Numbered from the stretch's first letter, positions 1-7,879 are shown. The stretch: DNA of 18,560 bases from Gemmatimonadaceae bacterium (GCA_040902005.1 JBBDYA010000097.1:1-18560), one strand, 5' to 3'. Translations and numbers: made by a program. Notes: a model not told the origin generated them from the sequence alone.

Positions 1-1
1 C

Positions 2-466
2 TATCACAAGTCCAGCGGCGACGCCGCCGAGCGGCGCACTGTCTGCCCGTTCAGCTTCGCGGTGGAGCAGGGTGCGTGGTACCTGATCGCGCACTGCGAC
101 CGCAGTGAGGGGATCCGCATCTTCCGACTGGACCGCGTCGCGGAACTGCGGGTGCTCGAGGACACGTTCAGCGAAGGGAGCGCCCCGGACGTGGAGGCGC
201 TGCTGGCGGACGGCCGTGCCTTCGTGGGCTCACCTCCGGAAAGGCTGCGGGTGCGCTACTCCGCGCGCGTGTCGCGCTGGCTCGCGGAGCGGCAGCAGGG
301 AGCGTTCGCGCCGGACGGATCGTTTGAGGTGGAGTATCCGCTGGGGGACGAGGAGTGGGCCGTGCGTCACGTGTTGCAGTACGGACCTGAGGCGCAGATC
401 CTGGCTCCGGCGTCTGTGCGCGAGCTGGTGCGTCAGCGCCTGGTTCGCATCATCGCCGAGCGGTAA
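2..466 (+). CDS. WYL-domain transcriptional regulator (PafC-like, WYL + WCX), 5' end outside window
   Basis: Frame is open from position 2: YHKSSGDAAERRTVCPFSFAVEQGAWYLIAHC...RIFRLDRV (WYL motifs), followed by a WCX-like tail WAVRHVLQYGPEAQILAPASVRELV. Confidence 0.92.
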   Translation, partial: YHKSSGDAAERRTVCPFSFAVEQGAWYLIAHCDRSEGIRIFRLDRVAELRVLEDTFSEGSAPDVEALLADGRAFVGSPPERLRVRYSARVSRWLAERQQGAFAPDGSFEVEYPLGDEEWAVRHVLQYGPEAQILAPASVRELVRQRLVRIIAER

Positions 467-616
467 CCGCCACTTGGAGTTGAGTCGCGCCGTGCGAACG
501 CTACGCGGCGTACCGCCAACAGCGTCAACGCGGCGATAGGGACCGGCACGGGGCAGAATGATGTCGGTTCTGCCTCCGATCTCGGTTATCGTGCGCCAGG
601 ACAGACGCGCCGGGGC

Positions 617-645
617 TTGACAAGCGTCACTTGTCACCCTATTCC
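617..645 (+). promoter_or_regulatory. Putative higBA promoter with overlapping operator palindrome
   Basis: TTGACA at 617-622, 17-nt spacer, weak -10 TATTCC at 640-645. Inverted repeat TGACAAG-N5-CTTGTCA (618-636) overlaps the -35, as expected for TA autorepression. Confidence 0.65.
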
Positions 646-658
646 TTGGGAGGGCAGC

Positions 659-937
659 TTGATCCGCAACATCAGACATCGCGGGCTCAAGCGCCTGTAC
701 GAACGCGGAGACATCAGTGGGATAGGGGCCGACATCGTGTCGACCGTTCGAAACATTCTGGCGGTGCTGGATGTGGCCGAGTCTCCCATGGCGCTGAACC
801 TCCCGAGGTACCGCCTGCATCGTCTCAAGGGGCAGCGACGGGGATACTGGGCCGTATGGGTGACGCCGAACTGGCGCATCGTCTTCACGTTCCGGAACGG
901 CGACGCCTGCGACGTGGAACTGATCGACTACCACTGA
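659..937 (+). CDS. higB: HigB (RelE/ParE superfamily, killer-type) toxin
   Basis: TTG start preceded by [24 protein letters not shown]...[27 protein letters not shown]...VELIDYH is a canonical HigB killer pattern. Toxin-first order with higA. Confidence 0.92.
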   Translation: MIRNIRHRGLKRLYERGDISGIGADIVSTVRNILAVLDVAESPMALNLPRYRLHRLKGQRRGYWAVWVTPNWRIVFTFRNGDACDVELIDYH

Positions 938-950
938 CAACGGTGCCAGC

Positions 951-1238
951 ATGGCCATGAAGAATCCTGTTCACCCCGGGCGCATCGTACGCGAGGACTG
1001 CCTCGAGCCCCTCAATCTCAGCGTGACAGCGGCCGCCGAGGCGTTGGGTGTAAGCCGGCAGGCACTGAACAACATCGTCAACGAACGCGCAGGCATCTCG
1101 GCGGAGATGGCGGTGCGGCTGACGAAGGCCTTCGGTGGGCTTCCGGAGACGTGGCTTGCGCTCCAGGCGGCCTACGATCTAGCGGAGGTTCGGAAGCGGG
1201 AGAAGTCGATCACGGTACGGCGCGTCAAGGCTGCCTGA
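951..1238 (+). CDS. higA: HigA family antitoxin (Xre HTH)
   Basis: [53 protein letters not shown]...[10 protein letters not shown], a canonical HigA pattern. Confidence 0.93.
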   Translation: MAMKNPVHPGRIVREDCLEPLNLSVTAAAEALGVSRQALNNIVNERAGISAEMAVRLTKAFGGLPETWLALQAAYDLAEVRKREKSITVRRVKAA

Positions 1239-1267
1239 TCGCATGGCGTCGCGGTGTCGCGGGGTGA

Positions 1268-1435
1268 GTAGGGCAGCTCTGGCCGATCCTCGAGCTGCTC
1301 AGCGAGATCACCGTGCCCGCGGGCGTATCACAGAGCGCTGCGTTCACGGTGCGTGCGACGAAGGCGGGTGTGCTGAGGCTAGTCATCAGCCGGCTGGATC
1401 ATGTGCCGATCACGCGGTTGCTGACGTCGTTCTGA
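1268..1435 (+). pseudogene. Possible start-less gene fragment (beta-rich, Ig-like pattern)
   Basis: Stop-to-stop frame VGQLWPILELLSEITVPAGVSQSAAFTVRATKAGVLRLVISRLDHVPITRLLTSF* has protein-like alternating beta-strand pattern. No 5' start or RBS seen. Confidence 0.25.
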
Positions 1436-1439
1436 ATGA

Positions 1440-1571
1440 TGTGATAGCCGCCAGGTCGGAGATCGACTATACCTATTGAGAGTATTCCTGGACGTGGACC
1501 GCGACCCTGCCGAAGTGGTCACCGCGTACCGCACCAGCCGGCTGCACAAGTACCGGAGGCCCGGATCATGA
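1440..1571 (+). pseudogene. 5'-truncated DUF4258-like (RelE-fold) toxin remnant
   Basis: Frame CDSRQVGDRLYLLRVFLDVDRDPAEVVTAYRTSRLHKYRRPGS* begins right after an in-frame TGA (1437-1439) with no 5' start. Its stop overlaps the DUF2283 ATG (ATGA, 1568-1571), the usual DUF4258/DUF2283 coupling. Not in the ORF track. Confidence 0.75.
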
Positions 1572-1768
1572 AGGTCAGATACGACGTGAGAACCGACACT
1601 CTCACCATGCTGCTCCGGGAAAATGTCGCCATCGCCGAAAGTGATGAAGACAAGCCTGGCGTGATTCTGGACTATGACGACGCCGGCAACCTCGTGTCCA
1701 TCGAGGTGCTCGATGCATCCACGCGCGTGACCGAAGCGCGGCGTGTCGAGTTCAACATGGCCGAGTAG
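1568..1768 (+). CDS. DUF2283 family protein (putative antitoxin), copy 1
   Basis: MKVRYDVRTDTLTMLL...ESDEDKPGVILDYDDAGNLVSIEVLDAS; GGAGG RBS upstream. Confidence 0.9.
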   Translation: MKVRYDVRTDTLTMLLRENVAIAESDEDKPGVILDYDDAGNLVSIEVLDASTRVTEARRVEFNMAE

Positions 1769-1782
1769 TCGGGCGGCGAATG

Positions 1783-2376
1783 CTACAGGTAGCGCTTCAG
1801 CAGACAGCGCTCGTGGAAGAACTCGTCGAGATCGATTCGCAGCGGCTCGCGCGCGCCTGCGGGGTGCCAGGTGAGCACGTCACGGACGATTTCGGGGCGA
1901 TCCTGCTCGGGGGTCCAGCGTTCAAAGAAGCGTGCGTCCAGGTCAGCGATCCAGTATTCGCGCACGCCCTTTGAGAGGTAGAAATCCCGCTTACGCACCC
2001 TGTCCTGCGAAATGGACGAGGGGGAAAGCACCTCCGCCGCAAGCAGCAGCCAGGTGACCTCCGGCCAGTGCGGCGGACGGTCCGCCGGGATCAGCGCCCG
2101 AGGCACCACGAAGACATCCGGCTGCATGATGGACTCGGGAGCGAGCTGGATGTCCGCGGGCGATGGCAGCGCCACGCCGAGCCGCTCGCTCCGGCAATAC
2201 GGGTCGAGCAGCGTGAGCAGGGCGGTGATCGCAAGCTGATGCTGGCTGGCGGGCGCCGGTGTCACCAGCAACTCCCCATCCAGCAACTCGTAGCGCGGCC
2301 AGTGGCGGCTCGGGTCCATGATCGCGCGAACGTCGGCCGCGGTCCAGCGGCGCCTCGAAATGGCAGGCATGCCCAT
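1783..2376 (-). CDS. Uma2 (DUF820) family PD-(D/E)XK endonuclease
   Basis: RYELLDGELLVTPAP...HQ...QPDVFV...EVLSPSS...DRVRKRDFY...GVREYWIAD. Start placed at MGMPA (2376; alternative 2370). Confidence 0.92.
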   Translation of the reverse strand: MGMPAISRRRWTAADVRAIMDPSRHWPRYELLDGELLVTPAPASQHQLAITALLTLLDPYCRSERLGVALPSPADIQLAPESIMQPDVFVVPRALIPADRPPHWPEVTWLLLAAEVLSPSSISQDRVRKRDFYLSKGVREYWIADLDARFFERWTPEQDRPEIVRDVLTWHPAGAREPLRIDLDEFFHERCLLKRYL

Positions 2377-2464
2377 AATGTGCCCGGTGGTTGGAGGGAA
2401 TGGCAACCCTGCATTCACCAACGTGACGAGGCGACGCGGCAACCGCGTCACCGTCTTCACGCAT

Positions 2465-2480
2465 GCGACATCGATGTCGC
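2465..2480. promoter_or_regulatory. Perfect 16-bp palindrome, candidate operator in divergent intergenic region
   Basis: GCGACATCGATGTCGC lies between the divergent Uma2 and 2560 ORFs. A second hairpin GACGCGG-CAA-CCGCGTC is at 2433-2449. Confidence 0.45.
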
Positions 2481-2559
2481 TGCAACCTGAGTGCACGTCC
2501 CCCGGACTCCGTGACTGTCATACTGCCATGTCGCAGGACTTGCGGAGGAGCCCGCGGCC

Positions 2560-2862
2560 GTGAAGCGACATCTGCTCACCGCTTGGAACCCGCTGTACAC
2601 GCGCGACGTGGACCAGCATTTCACTCTGCTGCTCCATTGGGCGCGCCTGGCCCAGGAGGGGAAGGCACTGCGCTATGATCCGAGAACTGACACGTTGACG
2701 ATGCTTCTTCGCGACAACGCCCGGATTGTCGAGAGCGACGAGAACAAGCCGGGCATCATCCTGGACTATGACGCGGACGGCAATCTGGTGTCGAGCGAGG
2801 TTCTTGACGCGTCCATGCGAATTACCGAGGCCGGAAAGGTCGAGTTCCAGACCGCCGAGTAA
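2560..2862 (+). CDS. Chimeric ORF: ~36-aa foreign N-terminus fused to DUF2283 copy 2
   Basis: GTG start with GGAGGAG RBS. The C-terminal 63 aa match copy 1 at 47/63 positions (manual count). The N-terminus KRHLLTAWNPLYTRDVDQHFTLLLHWA is unrelated to DUF2283. Confidence 0.75.
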   Translation: MKRHLLTAWNPLYTRDVDQHFTLLLHWARLAQEGKALRYDPRTDTLTMLLRDNARIVESDENKPGIILDYDADGNLVSSEVLDASMRITEAGKVEFQTAE

Positions 2863-2955
2863 GTCGCCGTTCATCGGGTAAGCTGGAGAAGGAGCAATGA
2901 GCGCGCTGTCAGACCCCGGCGGTAAGGTCTCCTCAACCTCCAGAGGAGCCAATCC

Positions 2956-3408
2956 ATGCATCGCAAGGGTCTCACCGCAAAGGGCGTCATCCTCGCGCTG
3001 TTGTTCGGCGCCAGCTCGCTCGTTGCCCAGCAGCCGCAGCAGCCGCAGCCCACGGTCACACAGGCCGGCCAGCCCACGATGTCCGAGCTCATGGCCAGGG
3101 GGCAGGTTGAAGGGCAGTCGGCGGCCGAATCGGTCGGTACGGGGGGCTGGATGGCCGGGGGCGTCGTCACCGGCCTGCTCACCGGCTTGATCGGCACCGT
3201 GGTGATCTGGGCGGTGGCGGGGAGCAGTGACGTGAGCGTCCCGGCCGATCGCAGGATTTACATCGTGGAGCAGCCGGCGGTATACCAGCAGTCGTACCAG
3301 GCCGGGTACGGGCAGCAGTACGGACCGGATGCTCAGGTGCTCGCGCCGGCCGAGGTACGCGCGGAAGTCGTACGTCGCCTGCGATTGGCGGCGCGCGCGC
3401 AGGTCTAG
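2956..3408 (+). CDS. Secreted/membrane hypothetical protein whose last ~30 aa are a WYL/WCX C-terminal tail (chimera)
   Basis: GAGGAG RBS, signal peptide, Q/P linker and Gly-rich TM segment, then QYGPDAQVLAPAEVRAEVVRRL, which matches QYGPEAQILAPASVRELVRQRL of the WYL gene. Confidence 0.7.
   Translation: MHRKGLTAKGVILALLFGASSLVAQQPQQPQPTVTQAGQPTMSELMARGQVEGQSAAESVGTGGWMAGGVVTGLLTGLIGTVVIWAVAGSSDVSVPADRRIYIVEQPAVYQQSYQAGYGQQYGPDAQVLAPAEVRAEVVRRLRLAARAQV
3315..3408 (+). repeat. Diverged second copy of the WYL gene 3' end (partner 376-466)
   Basis: 12-bp identity GCAGTACGGACC at 376-387 and 3315-3326, followed by codon-level similarity toward the stop. Confidence 0.8.
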
Positions 3409-3710
3409 CGCAGACGGGTCAGCAGCACGGCGCCCAGCGTGGTTGCCCAGAAGACGAACGACCACTTGATGAGGTCGGCGCGCACGTTCGCCAGCTCTGA
3501 GCGCACGTCGGCAATCTCCGAGTGCACCTCTTGCCGCAGCTCAGCGAGATCAGCCCGCGACGCCTCGCGCCATTCACCGATACGCGCGATGAGGACGCGA
3601 ACGTCCTCTCCCTGCGAGTCCACCTGGTCCATCCAGCTCACGAGGTCCTCCGCTGCGTCACTGCCGAGTGTTTGTTGGAACTTGCGGGCCAGCCGCGGTG
3701 ACACCGCCAT
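3405..3710 (-). CDS. DUF1640/CCDC90-like coiled-coil protein with C-terminal TM anchor, copy 1 (101 aa)
   Basis: MAVSPRLARKFQQTLGSDAAEDLVSWM, a coiled coil, then ADLIKWSFVFWATTLGAVLL. Start taken at the ATG shared with copy 2. Confidence 0.8.
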   Translation of the reverse strand: MAVSPRLARKFQQTLGSDAAEDLVSWMDQVDSQGEDVRVLIARIGEWREASRADLAELRQEVHSEIADVRSELANVRADLIKWSFVFWATTLGAVLLTRLR

Positions 3711-3745
3711 GGAGGCGCTCCTGGTTGCGGGTGCCTCCCACAATA

Positions 3746-3774
3746 AGAGTACCGGTCGGGATGACCGACATCAA
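3746..3774 (-). promoter_or_regulatory. Putative sigma70 promoter of DUF1640-like copy 1
   Basis: Minus strand TTGATG-N17-TACTCT. Both hexamers are conserved in copy 2 (7915-7943). The spacer contains CGGTC-N5-GACCG. Confidence 0.55.
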
Positions 3775-3787
3775 TTCATTGCAGGCC

Positions 3788-6499
3788 TTACCGCCCGAGC
3801 TGCATCATCGACACATCGCTCTCCACCCTGGGCAGCGTGAAGAAGAAACGGCGTCCATCGGTGGCGAATTCGCCGCGATACGTGGACTGCCCCGCCTCCC
3901 CGGCGATCACCTCGCGCGGCGGTCCACCGTGCAACGGCACCGCCAGGAACACGCTCGCCCGCGTGCGCGTCGAAATCGCGTTCACGTACAGCACGTTCGG
4001 GTCCTTTCCCCACATCGGCAGCATACCATAGTAGCCGTGCGCGGCCAGGCCGCTGATGGTCCGCTGCGCGCCGCCATCCACGGGAATCACCCGGATCGCG
4101 CCACCCACCGCCAGCGCCAGCAGCGTTCCGTCCGGCGACCAGTTCGCCTGCGGCACCGTGGTCCGCTGTAACGCGCCGACGTGGGCGAGCAGTCGCGGCT
4201 GGGACCAGCCGCCGTCCGCTTCGCGGGTGACGAGGGCGACGATGCCCGCCGTATCAACGATCGTGTACGCCAGGCGCCGACCGTCGGGCGACCATCGCGG
4301 TTGGAGCTCCTGCGCGGGGCCGCGCACGGCCACCTGCTCGGCGCCGCCCTCCGCGCTCACCACGTAGATGTCGCGCGTCCCTTCGCGCGTGGAGTGAAAC
4401 GCGATCTCGCGGTCGTCCGGCGACCACCCCGGGATGAAATCGTTGGCCGGATCGCTGGTCAGCTGGATCGGCTCGCCGCCGTCCAGGCGCAGCTTGTAGA
4501 TGTCGAAGCTGCCGCGCCGGTTGGAGTCGTACGCCAGCCATTGGCCGTCGTTCGACAGTGCGATCCCTTCCACGATCTGGTTCTCCCTGGTGATCTGTAC
4601 CGCCGATGACAGCGCTACGGTGCGGCCGGGGATTGCCGTGGCCATCCAGATGTTGGACTGCACGCGCACGATGTCATACGCGGCGCGCGTGCCGTCGCGG
4701 GAGAGCGAGAAGGTCATCGCCGAGAGCCCGGTGGTGAGGCGCGCCGGCGTGCCGATGGGGGTGCCGTTTGCTCGAATGCGCTGCTGAAACACGTCCAGTC
4801 TCCCGCCGCCCATGCTGGACAGAAAGAGCAGCGCCCGTCCGTCCGCCGTGAACGCGGGGCTCGTGTTCACGTGCACCTCGTCCGACACGCGCACGGGCGT
4901 CGGTGCGTCGCCCGCGTCCGGTGCCGCCGGAATGACCCAGATGGCGTTGGTGGAGGTGTTGCCGATCACCGGCGGGCTGCCGGAGGCGTACGCCACCAGG
5001 CGCCCGTCGGGAGACCACGCCGGCGAATGCAGCAGGGGACCGCTCACAATGAGGCGCGCGGCGCCGCCGTCGGCCGGGCGAACCCATATGCCCTGAAGGT
5101 CTGCATAGGCAATCGATGCGCCGTCGCTGGACCACGCGGGCGACAGCAGGCCCTCCGACCCGAAGAGCCGCTGCGGTGTACCCCCGAGCGCGGGTACGAC
5201 GTACAGTGCGTCCTTCGCCACGAAGGCCAGCCGTGAGCCATCGGGCGACCAGAAGGGATAATCGTGATCGCCGTCCAGGTCACCCGTGAGCAGCACCGCG
5301 CGCCCGCCGTCCACCTGCCTCACGTAGATGCGACCGTTGAGCAGGCTGGTGCGCGATTGCCCACTGATGGTCGCGGTGATCGCGCGGTCCGGCGCTCCGC
5401 TCTGCGCGGCGTACGCGACGAACTGGCCATCGGGGGAAATGGCCGGATGCACCTCGATGCCCGGGCCCGTCGCAATGGGGCTGGTGGACCCCACGGCATA
5501 GGGCGCCGGTGCCAGGCCGCGTAGTCCGAGCCAGAGTCCGGTTCCGGCCGCGAGCATCCCACCGATCGCGGCGTACCAGAGGCCACGCCTTTTCGGGGCT
5601 GAGGCGTGGACGATCATCGTGGGCGACGTGCCGCCGGTTGGCGTCCCGATCGCATCAAGCGCGGCGAGCAGCTCGTCCGCCGACTGCGGCCGGTCTCCGG
5701 GTCGCTTCTCCAGGCACTTCGCCACGAGCCCAGCAAGCGCCGGCGGCGTGGACGGACGTCGCCTGGCCAGCGGCTCGGGTTCCTCGGTCACGTGCGCGGC
5801 GAGCATCTGCTGCGGCGGCCGCCCGGCAAAGGGGCTCACGCCCGCCAGCAGCTCGTACGCCAGGCAGCCGAACGAATAGATGTCGGCGCGGTGGTCCACC
5901 TGGGGATCGGCGCTCGCCTGTTCGGGCGACATGTACGCCGGCGTGCCGAGCGCGACGCCCATCGAAGTGAGCCCGCCCCCCGCGGTGTGCGCGCCGCTGT
6001 CGGCCGCGGCGACATCCATGGCCTTGGCCACGCCAAAGTCCGTCACCACGGCCACTCGACCGGAGACGATGACATTGTCCGGCTTGATGTCGCGGTGGAC
6101 GACGCCCTCGCCGTGCGCGTACGCGAGCGCGGCGGCCACGTCGTGCAGTACGTGCAGCGCGTCGTTCACCGACATTTCGCCGCCGCGCGTGAGGCGCGCG
6201 CGCAGGGATTCGCCCTGCACGTAGGGCATGGTGTAGAAGGGAAGGCCGCCGGCTTCTCCCGCGCTCAACAGCGGAACGATGTGCGGGTGCTGGAGCCGCG
6301 CGGCGAGCTGGATCTCGCGGCGGAACCGCTCAGCGCTGACCGCGGTGCTGATGTCCGCCGGGAGCACCTTGACGACGATCTTGCGGCCGAGCGCCAGTTC
6401 TTCGGCGAGGAACACCTGCGACATGCCGCCGCCGCCGAGCTCGCGCTCGATGGTGTAGCCGCTGCCGAGCGACTGCTGAAGTTGTGCGCGCAGGTCCAT
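3788..6499 (-). CDS. Hanks-type Ser/Thr kinase with TM segment and TolB-like (PD40) beta-propeller repeats
   Basis: LGGGGMS, VVKVL, HRDIKPDN, DFG and GTPAYMSPEQ motifs; a TM helix; repeated (W)SPDG motifs. Start at MDLRAQLQQ. The ORF-track extension to 6772 runs through repeat DNA. Confidence 0.93.
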   Translation of the reverse strand: MDLRAQLQQSLGSGYTIERELGGGGMSQVFLAEELALGRKIVVKVLPADISTAVSAERFRREIQLAARLQHPHIVPLLSAGEAGGLPFYTMPYVQGESLRARLTRGGEMSVNDALHVLHDVAAALAYAHGEGVVHRDIKPDNVIVSGRVAVVTDFGVAKAMDVAAADSGAHTAGGGLTSMGVALGTPAYMSPEQASADPQVDHRADIYSFGCLAYELLAGVSPFAGRPPQQMLAAHVTEEPEPLARRRPSTPPALAGLVAKCLEKRPGDRPQSADELLAALDAIGTPTGGTSPTMIVHASAPKRRGLWYAAIGGMLAAGTGLWLGLRGLAPAPYAVGSTSPIATGPGIEVHPAISPDGQFVAYAAQSGAPDRAITATISGQSRTSLLNGRIYVRQVDGGRAVLLTGDLDGDHDYPFWSPDGSRLAFVAKDALYVVPALGGTPQRLFGSEGLLSPAWSSDGASIAYADLQGIWVRPADGGAARLIVSGPLLHSPAWSPDGRLVAYASGSPPVIGNTSTNAIWVIPAAPDAGDAPTPVRVSDEVHVNTSPAFTADGRALLFLSSMGGGRLDVFQQRIRANGTPIGTPARLTTGLSAMTFSLSRDGTRAAYDIVRVQSNIWMATAIPGRTVALSSAVQITRENQIVEGIALSNDGQWLAYDSNRRGSFDIYKLRLDGGEPIQLTSDPANDFIPGWSPDDREIAFHSTREGTRDIYVVSAEGGAEQVAVRGPAQELQPRWSPDGRRLAYTIVDTAGIVALVTREADGGWSQPRLLAHVGALQRTTVPQANWSPDGTLLALAVGGAIRVIPVDGGAQRTISGLAAHGYYGMLPMWGKDPNVLYVNAISTRTRASVFLAVPLHGGPPREVIAGEAGQSTYRGEFATDGRRFFFTLPRVESDVSMMQLGR

Positions 6500-6589
6500 C
6501 GATGTCCGCGTGTATTCCGTGCAGGAGGGTGGGGAGAGGGAAGATGCAGTGCGGGATGGACGGCGGCCAGCGCGTTTTGTCGCTCTCGG

Positions 6590-6870
6590 GGGAGTGCGGG
6601 CCGGAGTACGCCCCAGACGAATCACACGCGTTGTGTTGCTCCTTGTGAGCGCGGGCCGGAGTACGCCCCAGGCGAAACACACTGCGCTCCTCGTCGCGTT
6701 CTCCGTCGCTATCGCTCCGTGCGAACGCTCCTGCGGTGCTCGTTGGCTTCGGCAGATGCGGCAGGGCCGCATTCCGCCTCAGGCGATTCGCCTGGGGCGC
6801 ACTCCGGCCCGCGCTCCCTCAGGCTGGTTCGCGCGGGCAGGTCACCGGGGTGAGTCCGGCCCGCGCTCCC
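6590..6870. repeat. Nested palindromic REP/BIME-like element
   Basis: Direct copies at 6592-6627 and 6647-6682 (3 mismatches in 36). 30-bp inverted pair 6647-6676 / 6787-6816 (1 mismatch). Outer inverted pair 6590-6605 / 6855-6870. The core 6686-6740 is identical to 18506-18560. Confidence 0.85.
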
Positions 6871-7039
6871 ACGCTGGCAGGATCGCGCGGACCGCGCTGA
6901 ATCGAGCATGCCGCGCCCGACCCGCAGGGCTTCAATCGGTCTCGCTGCGCACTGGTGGGAGAAATGATCCGGCTCGCAATGGAACGATCGCCGAACTGCT
7001 GATTGTGCGGCTAGCCTGCCATTGGTGCGCTCCTCAGGA

Positions 7040-7274
7040 ATGCCCAATGGAGACCTGGCGATCGTGGCCGCGTCAAAGCTGCGCAACTACCTCCTGGATC
7101 ATCGCCATCCGATCGGCGGGTCCAAGGCGCAGCTTTTCGCCGTACGGGCGGAAGTATGAACTGTGTGGTATTCTTGAGGGTGTGGCGGATTGGCGTTTGC
7201 CGCTGGTCAGCATCTGGATCATCCCTGTGGGGGAATCGATCCCTCGTTTCGTCACAGCGTATCCGGAGGAATGA
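7040..7274 (+). pseudogene. DUF6883-like putative toxin with internal deletion and frameshift
   Basis: Frame A: MPNGDLAIVAASKLRNYLLDHRHPIGGSKAQLF (stop 7157-7159). Frame B from ~7137: SPYGRKYELCGILEG...LVSIWII...PRFVTAYPEE*. The central helical segment appears missing. Stop overlaps the DUF4926 start (ATGA). Confidence 0.8.
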
Positions 7275-7501
7275 TGTCATTCAAGGAGCTCGATCGGGTC
7301 GTGCTGCTGGTGGACATGCCGGAGCACGGGTTGCGCGTCGGTGACGCGGGGACCGTGGTCCACGTGCACTCCACTGTAGCGCTGGAGGTGGAGTTTCTGC
7401 GCATGTCGGGGCACAGCCAGGCTGTGGTGACGGTAGACATCAAGGGTCTTCGTCCCGCCGCCGACACGGATGTCGTCGCTGCGCGGAGCGCCGAAGCCTG
7501 A
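7271..7501 (+). CDS. DUF4926 family protein (putative antitoxin)
   Basis: FKELDRVVLLVDMPEHGLRVGDAGTVVHVH...LEVEF...G...AVVTV; GGAGG upstream. Start at 7271 or 7274. Confidence 0.88.
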   Translation: MMSFKELDRVVLLVDMPEHGLRVGDAGTVVHVHSTVALEVEFLRMSGHSQAVVTVDIKGLRPAADTDVVAARSAEA

Positions 7502-7540
7502 CGAGTCCCGCGCCCAGGAGCTCGCCGGGCAACCGCCGGC

Positions 7541-7879
7541 CTAGCGTAGCCGGGTCAGCAGCACGGCGCCCAACGTGGTTGCCCAGAAGACGAACGACCA
7601 CTTGATGAGGTCGGCGCGCACGTTGGCCATGTCGGCGCGCATGTCGGACCGGAGACTGCGAATGTCGGCGCGAGCGTCCGCATCTGCCGAGTGCATCTCC
7701 TGCCGCAGCTCAGCGAGATCGGCTCGCGACGCCTCGCGCCATTCACCGATGCGCGCGATGAGGACGCGAACGTCCTCTCCCTGCGAGTCCACCTGGTCCA
7801 TCCAGCTCACGAGGTCCTCCGCTGCGTCACTGCCGAGTGTCTGTTGGAACTTGCGGGCCAGCCGCGGTGACACTGCCAT
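7541..7879 (-). CDS. DUF1640/CCDC90-like coiled-coil protein, copy 2 (112 aa)
   Basis: Protein identical to copy 1 except in the central coiled coil, which is 11 aa longer. Confidence 0.82.
   Translation of the reverse strand: MAVSPRLARKFQQTLGSDAAEDLVSWMDQVDSQGEDVRVLIARIGEWREASRADLAELRQEMHSADADARADIRSLRSDMRADMANVRADLIKWSFVFWATTLGAVLLTRLR

Larger units (their letters stand above)
3405..3784. repeat. Direct repeat copy A (promoter + DUF1640-like ORF); partner 7541-7953
   Basis: Near-identical from CTAG to CAATTCATTGCAG. Copy B is 33 nt longer. Confidence 0.95.

Noticed and set aside
462..541. attC-like shape after the WYL stop (GGTAAC ... central hairpin ... GATAGGG)
   Set aside because: Ends deviate from RYYYAAC/GTTRRRY, the L boxes do not pair convincingly, no similar sites follow the other small genes, and no integrase is present.
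1243..1479. 78-aa ORF after higA
   Set aside because: No recognisable motif or RBS; other frames here look more protein-like.
3746..3774. TGTCGG ... TACTCT on the minus strand resembling the PafBC promoter motif
   Set aside because: Spacing is 13 nt rather than the 10 nt I recall for the motif; a standard -35/N17/-10 reading fits better.
3788..5500. Repeated WSPDG-coding segments as DNA repeats or DGR-like template/variable regions
   Set aside because: Ordinary degenerate PD40 propeller repeats; no adenine-specific variation and no reverse transcriptase.
6592..6682. 36-bp repeats (and 35-bp repeats at 18409-18503) as a mini-CRISPR
   Set aside because: Only two copies each, spacers of 19 and 25 nt that resemble each other, inverted partners present, and no cas operon.
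6500..7039. ORF-track extensions (kinase to 6772; 6510-7274 ORF)
   Set aside because: They read through GC-rich repeat DNA. Only the last ~45 codons of 6510-7274 look like real protein (toxin remnant).
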